Source: a bacterium
GTDB taxonomy: Bacteria > Patescibacteriota > Patescibacteriia > UBA1558 > UBA10009
DNA length: 56,640 nucleotides
Reading direction: 5' to 3'
Assembly (NCBI GenBank): GCA_018672055.1
Contig: JABHGM010000001.1
Location: 890,093 to 946,732, forward strand
The first letter of the stretch is position 1, and every line of letters begins with the position of its first letter. The notes beneath the pieces are model-generated. The model saw nothing but the letters and a program-made list of their open reading frames with translations, was not told the origin of the DNA and searched no databases. The position numbers and the translations under genes are program-made. This document shows, in pieces, positions 48,595 through 56,640 of the stretch.

Positions 48595-51500
48595 TTATCG
48601 CCCTTTGAAGTATAACATTTCTGCTTCTTCAGCACTTAATTCTCGATTATAAATTCTAATATTTGATACATCTCCGTTTATATAATTTACCCCATCAGGA
48701 GCATCGCGTCCTATAACCATGGCATCTGTATTAGCAGCAGGATTAGTGCTATCAGTTAACGTACCATCAGATTTTCCATCATAGTAAATCACAAAAGAAT
48801 TAACACCATCATAAGTACCTACTAAATGATGCCATTCATTCGCAGGAAGAGCAGTATCACCAGTAACTATTATATTTGATCCTGTTGTTTCTTCTTCAAA
48901 ACCAAAAGCAGTTGATGTAGAACCATTAAACCAAATATTTCTATCTTGCAAATCACCCTTAAAAATGAAACAACCTTGACTCCCTGTATCTCTTCTACAC
49001 CATGCCGATACAGAAAAAGCTCCACCATTAAAATTTAAATTTGAAGAATCAGCTATACTTATATAATCATCAGTGCCACCAAAATTAGTAGAATCACTAT
49101 TAACTGTTGCCCCATAGATAATGCCATGATTTGAATAAGGAGTTAGGTCTGATTGTAAAATTGATTTTACAGTAACATTGTCTAAATCAAATGTTACTTC
49201 AGTACCATTACCCGAAACTCTACCAGCATCTATAACATGTGATCCTGAATTAGCCTTTAAATCTACGCTAAAATCTCCATCCTCTAAAGACTGAGTATAA
49301 TCTCCATTATCAGAAGTATGTAAATTATTAAATTGCATATTAGTAGTAGCACTTCCAGCATTTAAATTGGAGACAGACCATGAAATCCTATACCATTCAC
49401 CAACATTTAAACCACTTAAAGTAAGTCTAACCATATCCGGAATTGTGGTTAATGCACTTACAGCTAAATGATTAGTAGTCCATGTGCCAACTCCATTTTG
49501 ATAATCTGACCAATCACCTTTTCCAGAATCAAATGTAGAGCTATCACCTGTTACCGAGCTAGTATCAACTTTTTCACGTTGATCAGTTAAATCCCACTGC
49601 CCTATTAATCCTTTAGATAATGAACCAGATGAAATATTCGATTTATATGAATCATATAATGAAGTAACTTCAGTTTGAGATAATGATCTATTATACATAC
49701 GAACATCATTTAAACTACCATCAAAATACTTTGGAGAACTTGGATAAAATCTTCGTCCAATACCCATAGCATCTAGATTGTTAAGATTTAAAAAACAATC
49801 TTGAGTTGTTGATGAACCAATAGCATAAGTTATGCTTTGCTTAACACCATCTACATATATTGTATTTTCAATACCATCTACTACTGTAACCACGTTATGC
49901 CAGTTACCATCAACATAATAATCTTCACCATTCCTAACATACATTTGTAAACAATACGTATCTACACTAGCTATAAAAAGCAAACTCTCATCAGCATAAC
50001 TACCAGTTAAATCACCTCCAATAGCTATTCCACCCCAATCGGCAGTATCGTCACCCATGCCAAACATATACTGTGACGTAGAATTATTAGTTGAATTAAA
50101 CCACATTGAAATCGCACCAGATGTTAAATTTAAAGAAGAAGCATAGCTTGATAAATCAATATATTCACCATTACCATTAAAACTCATAGCCTTATTACTC
50201 TGATTTCTACGATCAGTTGTATATATTCCATCTATAGAAGTAGAGGTAGCATGAAGAAAGCCATGATTAGAATTAGGAGTACTATCATTAACCTGAATCT
50301 CTTTTATTGAAATATCATCAAGATAAATAATTTCACCAGCACCCATAGAAGTAGCATAAAGAAAATCACCAGTAGTTTTACCAGCTGTAAAATCAAACTG
50401 GTTTTTTACAAAAGTTTCACTAGTGATTACTTTAATATGACCATAATCATCAGCATTAGTGTTAACATTTACGGAAGATCCAGAGTTTACAGCTGCCCAA
50501 TAAGTTACTCTATACCTTTTACCAATAACTAAATCTGTATTTAAATCAGATGCATCTCTAAAATACATATAAGCACCATTTGCTGAATCAACATAAGTAA
50601 TCTTTAAAGAGCTTGAACCTTTTTGAGCAATATCTGTAGAAGATTCTATGGTATTACTAGAATATGCTGTCCAAGCACCAGTGTCTGTTTCAAAATCACC
50701 AGCACCGCTATCAAATAAATCAGCACTTACTTTATCAGAATCTTCCCCTAAATCCCAATGCCCCATTAGACCCTTATTTGAACTACTAAACTTAGTTACT
50801 TTGTCACCACTAGTTTCATATAAAGCAGTAACTTCTGCTTGAGATAAAGCTCTATCATATATCTTAACGTCATCAATAATTCCGTCAAAAAACTGATCGG
50901 TTGTATCAAGATGTGGTCTGCCAATAAATAAATCATAATTAGTACCGCCAGTTACTGAAGCGCTACTAACAGTATGAACAATTTGACCATCTAGATATAA
51001 GTCAGCTTGCTGGGTACTTTCACTATAGATAAAATTTAAAAAATGCCATTCATTCAAAGGTAAAGGTGTATCCCGAGTACCATTACAAACATGGCCTGAG
51101 CCAGTCCCAACACAACCATATAAAAAATTATCTTGACTACTTGTACAATCTGTAGCTAAAAAATAATTTTCCCATTTTGATACAATTTTTGAATAACCAC
51201 CAGAATCACATGTTCCCTGCCTATAAACCCAAGCACTAATAGACCAAGCTGTTTCTAAATCTAAACTACTATCATCAGGAATTAATATATACTCATCAAT
51301 TCCGTTAAAATCCATAGTACTTGATGAAGTTCCAAGTCTATCTGACCCATACACTTCATCTATGGCAGTAGAAGTAGCATAAACTGTGCCGTGATTAGAA
51401 TATGAAGTAAAATCCTTAGATTGAGTTTCTTTAAAAGAAGCATCATCCCAATAGAAATATTGACCTGTAGGATCTGCAATTGCACCTCCACTATCACCTG

Positions 51501-52110
51501 TTGCCCTAACAGCAAAAAAGAAATCATTAGCAGCTGATACAGTATCTAATACTAGAGTACCTGATAATCTAACCCATTGATCAGTAAGAGTCGTAGAATC
51601 AATATGTACTTCCGAACCAGCATTAGTTTTATATATTAAATGTATTTCAGTGAATCCTGTTTGACCACTTGGTAAATAAACCCAAACAGTATTTCTATAT
51701 AATATAACAGTATTATTTTTTAAATTAGATGTGCCATTAGTAGAATAACGAGTATAGAAATTATTACTAGCTGTGCCATCACTTACTACTTTTACAGATT
51801 GAGAACCATTATTTGCTTGTTCTGTACTTACAGCTGAAGTTGCTCTTGCGTTGAAAATAGATGTACCATCTAATGTTGGTAAAGCACTTTCTGCATCACC
51901 GTTAGTAAAAAAATTACTTCCTACTTTTTCATCAGCTTCACCTAAGCCCCAATGCCCAACTAACCCCTTATCAAGCTGCACGCTACTTGCACTGCCACCT
52001 GAACCAAAGCCAAAACCACCAGTAGCAAAACCAATACCAGTTGTAATACCTATTATTACAATAGCTACTACTACTACTTGTATTAAATTGTCTTTTAATT
52101 TCAAAATCAT
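48595..52110 (-). CDS. Membrane-anchored giant surface protein made of three tandem [CBM4/9-like + LamG/concanavalin-like] units
   Basis: 1,171 aa with an N-terminal TM helix (VVVVAIVIIGITTGIGFA). Three unit starts: KGLVGHWGLGE, KGLMGHWDLGE, KGLIGQWDLTD. Three LamG starts: YSNHGTVYATS, NSNHGFLHATS, YSNHGIIYGAT. Three LamG ends: DDVKIYDRALSQAEVTALY, NDVRMYNRSLSQTEVTSLY, SNIRIYNRELSAEEAEMLY. Units are approx 50815-51975, 49651-50778 and 48607-49617. Confidence 0.85.
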   Translation of the reverse strand: MILKLKDNLIQVVVVAIVIIGITTGIGFATGGFGFGSGGSASSVQLDKGLVGHWGLGEADEKVGSNFFTNGDAESALPTLDGTSIFNARATSAVSTEQANNGSQSVKVVSDGTASNNFYTRYSTNGTSNLKNNTVILYRNTVWVYLPSGQTGFTEIHLIYKTNAGSEVHIDSTTLTDQWVRLSGTLVLDTVSAANDFFFAVRATGDSGGAIADPTGQYFYWDDASFKETQSKDFTSYSNHGTVYATSTAIDEVYGSDRLGTSSSTMDFNGIDEYILIPDDSSLDLETAWSISAWVYRQGTCDSGGYSKIVSKWENYFLATDCTSSQDNFLYGCVGTGSGHVCNGTRDTPLPLNEWHFLNFIYSESTQQADLYLDGQIVHTVSSASVTGGTNYDLFIGRPHLDTTDQFFDGIIDDVKIYDRALSQAEVTALYETSGDKVTKFSSSNKGLMGHWDLGEDSDKVSADLFDSGAGDFETDTGAWTAYSSNTIESSTDIAQKGSSSLKITYVDSANGAYMYFRDASDLNTDLVIGKRYRVTYWAAVNSGSSVNVNTNADDYGHIKVITSETFVKNQFDFTAGKTTGDFLYATSMGAGEIIYLDDISIKEIQVNDSTPNSNHGFLHATSTSIDGIYTTDRRNQSNKAMSFNGNGEYIDLSSYASSLNLTSGAISMWFNSTNNSTSQYMFGMGDDTADWGGIAIGGDLTGSYADESLLFIASVDTYCLQMYVRNGEDYYVDGNWHNVVTVVDGIENTIYVDGVKQSITYAIGSSTTQDCFLNLNNLDAMGIGRRFYPSSPKYFDGSLNDVRMYNRSLSQTEVTSLYDSYKSNISSGSLSKGLIGQWDLTDQREKVDTSSVTGDSSTFDSGKGDWSDYQNGVGTWTTNHLAVSALTTIPDMVRLTLSGLNVGEWYRISWSVSNLNAGSATTNMQFNNLHTSDNGDYTQSLEDGDFSVDLKANSGSHVIDAGRVSGNGTEVTFDLDNVTVKSILQSDLTPYSNHGIIYGATVNSDSTNFGGTDDYISIADSSNLNFNGGAFSVSAWCRRDTGSQGCFIFKGDLQDRNIWFNGSTSTAFGFEEETTGSNIIVTGDTALPANEWHHLVGTYDGVNSFVIYYDGKSDGTLTDSTNPAANTDAMVIGRDAPDGVNYINGDVSNIRIYNRELSAEEAEMLYFKGR

Positions 52111-52136
52111 ATATTAATATTAATTAATTTGTCCCA

Positions 52137-52166
52137 TACCTTCCCCCAATAAATTGGGGGAAGGTA
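52137..52166. other. Strong GC-cored hairpin between the two giant genes, without a U-tract
   Basis: taccttcccccaat-aa-attgggggaaggta, 14-nt perfect arms. Neither strand has a flanking T-run, so it is not a canonical intrinsic terminator. Confidence 0.5.
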
Positions 52167-52259
52167 AGATAATAAATTTATTGTCGATTTGGTAAAGAAC
52201 GATTTAAATCAACTTCTAACGATTGGATAGTCGTATATATTAAATTTATTATTGGTAAA

Positions 52260-55200
52260 TTATTCATTATCATACACATATTCTATTGTTACTGTTACAT
52301 TTGTTATAGCTTCTGATGAAGCTTGTACCTCTAGATACATACCGTTATCTGAGGTTAAATAATATTCTAGCTCTTCTACTACATTTGAGTAGCCAGAGCA
52401 AGTATAGCCATTAATCTGCTTTATTACATTACCATTCTTGTCTTTCAAGGCCATTTGTAATAAACCCTCTGTACATTGATACTGAACCTTAATAGCCTTA
52501 ATAGTTACATTCTCAGATGGTGACCATGATTGCGTACCACTACCCCAAACTCTATCACCTATACTTGGGCTATCTAAATAAACAGATAAAGTATTTCTTC
52601 TAACATTTTCTTTAAAATTATATATTACACCGTCTAAATTTAAATTAATTGTATCACCAGGTTTACCAATATTTAATTGACCACCACCAGATGACAAAGA
52701 AACAGGTATAGTAGATGTAGCAGAAGTAATTACTAAATCACCCACTACTGTTAAGGCAGTACCACCGTTACTATTTACAACTCTTAAAGTAGATGATGAA
52801 GTAGCAGAGGTTATAGTAAAGCTATCACCTGTTGTATTTTGTGGATTAACAGATACTGTACCAGAAGCATTAATACCGAATAGATCTAAGCCTGCATTTT
52901 GAATGTTGAATAAGCTACCACCTACTTGATTTCTAAAGTAATCATTTTGTTTAAAAGTACCAGTACCTTCATATGAAAGATATGTATCATGAGCTGAAGA
53001 AATAACAGTGTTTAGAGCAACTGAGAAACTCTTACCACTACCAGTTAATATATTATATGAAGAAGTAATGTTATTTAATGTATTATTTACATCAAATACT
53101 GTATCTTCATTACACTCTTCACCTGTTTCAACATCTATACATACTGTCCTAATATCATTTACAACTGAAGCTATACTAGAATACATTATATCTATAGTAG
53201 AAGTAGCACTGTTATCGCTTAAATATTCATGAGTAACACCATAAGCTACATCATTAATATTAATATCTTTCAGAATAATACTAGAATCACCTGTTACTTT
53301 TACACCATCTCCAAATATACCATTACTACCAGACCATTTAACTTCTACATCTTCTAAAGTTAAATTAGTAGTAGAAGCAGATACTACAGCTTGACCAAGT
53401 ACATCACCCGACATGGATAAAGTAATATCTTTAACTTTAACATCCCCTATTTCAGTGCTAGTAGCATTATTTAGAACTTCAGTAGAACTAATAATAACTG
53501 GCTTATTTAAACTCATAATAGTAGTTAAACCTTGACCTGCACCAATAATATCAACATATGGCTTTAAACTAACTTGTTCATTATATATTCCAGGCTTAAC
53601 TAATAAGGTCCATCTATTACCCAAAGTATTGCTAGTAATTGATTCTAAAGCTTCATTTATGGTCCTATACTGTCCACCTTCTTTAGCTACAACAATCTCA
53701 TTAGTTCTTTCATTAATTATGTCAGTAATACCTGATAGATTAGTTTGGACTTGAGCTATTAAAACAACGGAAGTTGATGTAGAAATATTTGATGTGGAAG
53801 TAGCTACAGTAATATCACCATACTCAGTCATAAATATATAGTTAGTAGAAGAAGCAAACATACCAATATTATTAATAGCAGCAGTGTTTACTTTAACTCC
53901 AGAGATAAAGCCTGAACCAGAACCAATATTTACGGTTAAAGTAGAAGAAGCTGCATTGTTACTTACTAACCAACCATAATCAATATATTCATGAGGTATC
54001 TTATGTCTATTTGTAACATCTAAGAAAATACCAAAGTTAGTTACTTGATCATAATAATCACCACTAGATTCAATATAGGCTAAAGATGAAACATAATAAT
54101 CACCAAGCATACCATCTATTTGATTATTAAATGATTTAATTATACCGTTCTGAGCTACTATAGCTGTACCAGAAACTTCAGTTAAATCATTATTCATGAT
54201 AACTAAAGTAGTTGAAGCTAATTGAGATATAGCTTGATAGAAATTATATGAGAATATTGAATTAGTTAAACTTACTTTAGAAGCACTACCTATTACACTT
54301 AAACCAATAGCTGGATAATCTGTATCAGCATCAAGATTTAAATTAGTAAGTATAGGACGTGTAGTAGTTCCCAGACCATTAATACCTATTAAAACAGGAT
54401 CAGTAGAAGTAGAAGTTGATTTAATAGTCATAGCTTCTAGTCTTGAATTAGTATCAATATTTACAACAGGTGAATTATCTGATGAAATAATAGTCTGACC
54501 TTGTCCTTGACCTACTACATCAACATATTGCTTTAAAGTAATACTTTCTTCATAGAAACCGCTACCTACTTCAATAATATATCTATTTTGAGCTGTATTA
54601 TCATTAATTGATTCTAAAGCTTGAGTAATAGTCTTAAAGTCACCGCCTTGTGAAGCAACTTTAATCTTTTGAGCTATTGGTTCAAAATATGTACCAAGCT
54701 CAACTAATATAGATATAGTACCTTCACCTTCTTCTAGACTAGCTAAAGCCATGCCAATAACTCCAGCTCCAGGTTTAGTAGCCAGCATTGCATAACCAGG
54801 AGTATGAGCTGAAGTTAACATATCACCTCTATTAATCGAACCATTCTCTGTAGTAACCTTAACTTGAGTTCTGCCAGAAGTAACGATTGGTAGACTACTA
54901 GTAGCCATATCCTGAGCATTAAATCTTAAAGTAGAACTTGTAGCTACTACACCTAAAATATTAGTTGCATTAGCATATTCAGAAATAATAGCTTCAGAAG
55001 TAGTACTAGTAGAAACAGTTACTAATGTACCAGATTCAATAGTAGAGGTAGATGTATTTTGAACTGTAAAGTAATGAGCAATACCATTTCCACCAAATTC
55101 CATTACTCCAGCAATACGTAGATTACCCTGAACATAGAGATCACCAGCTACACCTAGATCATCCATAACTAAAAGATCCGAACCATCTAAGACAAATTCA

Positions 55201-56640
55201 GGAAATTCTACCAAAGCTACTTCCAAAGTATCATTATCACCTATTATTACATTACTACCAAAGTAAGCAGGACCAGAAGAAGCAGTTAAGTAGAAACCGT
55301 AATCTGAAATATTGATATCTTGTAAATTATCATTATCTGATTTAATAACTAATTTATCTGAATATATATTATCTGAGTATAAATTAGCTAAGCTATTATC
55401 AGAACTACCAATATCATATATTCCATCAGCTTCAAATTCTAAATTAGAAGCAATTCTTGAATTAAATACTACTAAGCTTGTACTCTCTGAATCTTCACCA
55501 AATACTATATTATTTTCAAATGTTTGAGTATCACCTTGTAACATAGCAACATGTGTAGGTAAAGCTGAAGTTGCAATCTTACCTGGAGTTGAAATAACAG
55601 CTAATTTTAAATCACTAATCTCGGCACCTTCCATTATTTGACCATCACCTATCATAACTAAAGCATTATCAATGTAATTAGTCTTGTAATCAGGATTTAC
55701 ATACATTGAAACCTGACCTGATACTTCTTCAAATGTTTCTAAAGCAGTACCAATTACTATACCTTCTGTACCAGTTTGTAATTTCATAGCAAAACCTGGT
55801 ATAGGAGCTGGAGTTAAAGTATCACCAGGATAAATATTACCATTTACATTAGATATCTTAACAGGAACCCTGCCTAACATAGCAACAGGATAACCATTAT
55901 CAACGTCATTACCCATTAAAAGACCAGGCTCACCCGAAACAATACCAAGTATATTATTATCACTCTCACCAGTAGTTTTAACAATATATCCAGAATTATT
56001 TGGATCAGCCATTACTAAGTCACCCACCTCAAGTTCTTCTAAGGAAGGATATTTTTCAGCAATATCAGCACCAGTTGAAATAAAGTCAGTAGCTATTACT
56101 GAACCACTAAATGTAGCATCTCCAGATTCGTTAACAACTAAGGTTGGCGTAGTAGTTGGTGCATTTACTACATCTAATACAGTAATAACATCTTGTACAC
56201 CACGCAGTGCTACACCAGCAACATCTATACCAGATATTTGATTTTCAGAAGCACCTAAACCAAAAGTATCAAAGAAATAGTCAGCAAAAGGATACAGATG
56301 TCTAGTATAATCATTATTAGTTAAAGCAATTTCATCTTTGTATTGCCATTCATAAATAGCCATATCTTGAATACCAGATAAGACATTTACATCTTCCCAT
56401 CTATCTTTTAATACGGAACGTGAAGCACTATTTATATATGCGCCAAAACCACGAACTGCTCCACTAGCTACTTCTAATGGATGTGTAGAAGGACTAGTAG
56501 TACCAATACCAACTTTACCATCACCGGCTACTACTAACCTAGCCGTAGTATTATTCTCAACAGTTAAGATTAAATCATCATCAGCTATACTACCAGATAA
56601 CTCATTTTTAGCTTGCAAAACTATATGTCCTCTACCAGCG
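52260..56640 (-). CDS. Tail-fibre/tailspike-like giant protein (N-terminus beyond the window): S74-like chaperone segment, two IMC-like modules, two right-handed parallel beta-helix modules, C-terminal beta-sandwich
   Basis: The reading frame is open to position 56640; the track start at 56618 is only an internal TTG. Fibre-type GKVGIGTTSPSTHPLEV, then SASRSVLKDRWEDV..IYEWQYKDE. Two homologous ~125-aa modules (55695-56072 and 54699-55079). Two pectin-lyase-fold starts: GGDFKTITQALESINDNTAQNRYIIEVGSGFYEESITLKQYVDVVGQGQGQTII (about 54009-54665) and GGQYRTINEALESITSNTLGNRWTLLVKPGIYNEQVSLKPYVDIIGAGQGLTTI (about 52974-53699). Confidence 0.85.
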   Translation of the reverse strand, partial: AGRGHIVLQAKNELSGSIADDDLILTVENNTTARLVVAGDGKVGIGTTSPSTHPLEVASGAVRGFGAYINSASRSVLKDRWEDVNVLSGIQDMAIYEWQYKDEIALTNNDYTRHLYPFADYFFDTFGLGASENQISGIDVAGVALRGVQDVITVLDVVNAPTTTPTLVVNESGDATFSGSVIATDFISTGADIAEKYPSLEELEVGDLVMADPNNSGYIVKTTGESDNNILGIVSGEPGLLMGNDVDNGYPVAMLGRVPVKISNVNGNIYPGDTLTPAPIPGFAMKLQTGTEGIVIGTALETFEEVSGQVSMYVNPDYKTNYIDNALVMIGDGQIMEGAEISDLKLAVISTPGKIATSALPTHVAMLQGDTQTFENNIVFGEDSESTSLVVFNSRIASNLEFEADGIYDIGSSDNSLANLYSDNIYSDKLVIKSDNDNLQDINISDYGFYLTASSGPAYFGSNVIIGDNDTLEVALVEFPEFVLDGSDLLVMDDLGVAGDLYVQGNLRIAGVMEFGGNGIAHYFTVQNTSTSTIESGTLVTVSTSTTSEAIISEYANATNILGVVATSSTLRFNAQDMATSSLPIVTSGRTQVKVTTENGSINRGDMLTSAHTPGYAMLATKPGAGVIGMALASLEEGEGTISILVELGTYFEPIAQKIKVASQGGDFKTITQALESINDNTAQNRYIIEVGSGFYEESITLKQYVDVVGQGQGQTIISSDNSPVVNIDTNSRLEAMTIKSTSTSTDPVLIGINGLGTTTRPILTNLNLDADTDYPAIGLSVIGSASKVSLTNSIFSYNFYQAISQLASTTLVIMNNDLTEVSGTAIVAQNGIIKSFNNQIDGMLGDYYVSSLAYIESSGDYYDQVTNFGIFLDVTNRHKIPHEYIDYGWLVSNNAASSTLTVNIGSGSGFISGVKVNTAAINNIGMFASSTNYIFMTEYGDITVATSTSNISTSTSVVLIAQVQTNLSGITDIINERTNEIVVAKEGGQYRTINEALESITSNTLGNRWTLLVKPGIYNEQVSLKPYVDIIGAGQGLTTIMSLNKPVIISSTEVLNNATSTEIGDVKVKDITLSMSGDVLGQAVVSASTTNLTLEDVEVKWSGSNGIFGDGVKVTGDSSIILKDININDVAYGVTHEYLSDNSATSTIDIMYSSIASVVNDIRTVCIDVETGEECNEDTVFDVNNTLNNITSSYNILTGSGKSFSVALNTVISSAHDTYLSYEGTGTFKQNDYFRNQVGGSLFNIQNAGLDLFGINASGTVSVNPQNTTGDSFTITSATSSSTLRVVNSNGGTALTVVGDLVITSATSTIPVSLSSGGGQLNIGKPGDTINLNLDGVIYNFKENVRRNTLSVYLDSPSIGDRVWGSGTQSWSPSENVTIKAIKVQYQCTEGLLQMALKDKNGNVIKQINGYTCSGYSNVVEELEYYLTSDNGMYLEVQASSEAITNVTVTIEYVYDNE

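Overview
AT-rich bacterial window read with the standard genetic code. I saw no rRNA, tRNA, CRISPR array, transposase or integrase. Positions 1-35,050 form an almost uninterrupted minus-strand housekeeping block. It contains pheS, a UvrD-type helicase fused to a PD-(D/E)XK nuclease, and a complete F1Fo ATP synthase operon (atpZ/I-B-E-F-H-A-G-D-C) that runs into a CPA2 cation/proton antiporter. It continues with a self-contained phd-relE-rmuC-orf92 unit, tatD, cvpA, metG, rsmI, an AI-2E permease, an M16 peptidase, glyQS, gpsA, a membrane-anchored Clp/Hsp100 ATPase with a degenerate first ATPase module, tgt, recO and ileS. The only plus-strand gene in this block is an orphan 148-aa ORF with its own promoter, a structured 5' leader and a terminator. 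From about 35.1 kb the window becomes an accessory region of very large secreted or surface proteins, most with their own predicted promoter and/or terminator. These are: (1) a 2,046-aa TcB/TcC-like polymorphic toxin (SpvB + FG-GAP repeats + RHS/YD shell) with an uncharacterised HExxH C-terminal cargo and no obvious immunity gene; (2) two paralogous CARDB/Ig/dockerin proteins of visibly higher GC, one ending in an FCB/Bacteroidota-style T9SS C-terminal sorting domain; (3) a small MerR regulator; (4) a triple CBM-like/LamG protein; (5) a >1,450-aa tailspike-like protein with two parallel beta-helix modules. Gene content, tight packing and the GEAWYV repeat protein suggest a streamlined, possibly CPR/Patescibacteria-like organism, but that is inference only. 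All calls come from motif recognition by eye. No searches or alignments were run.
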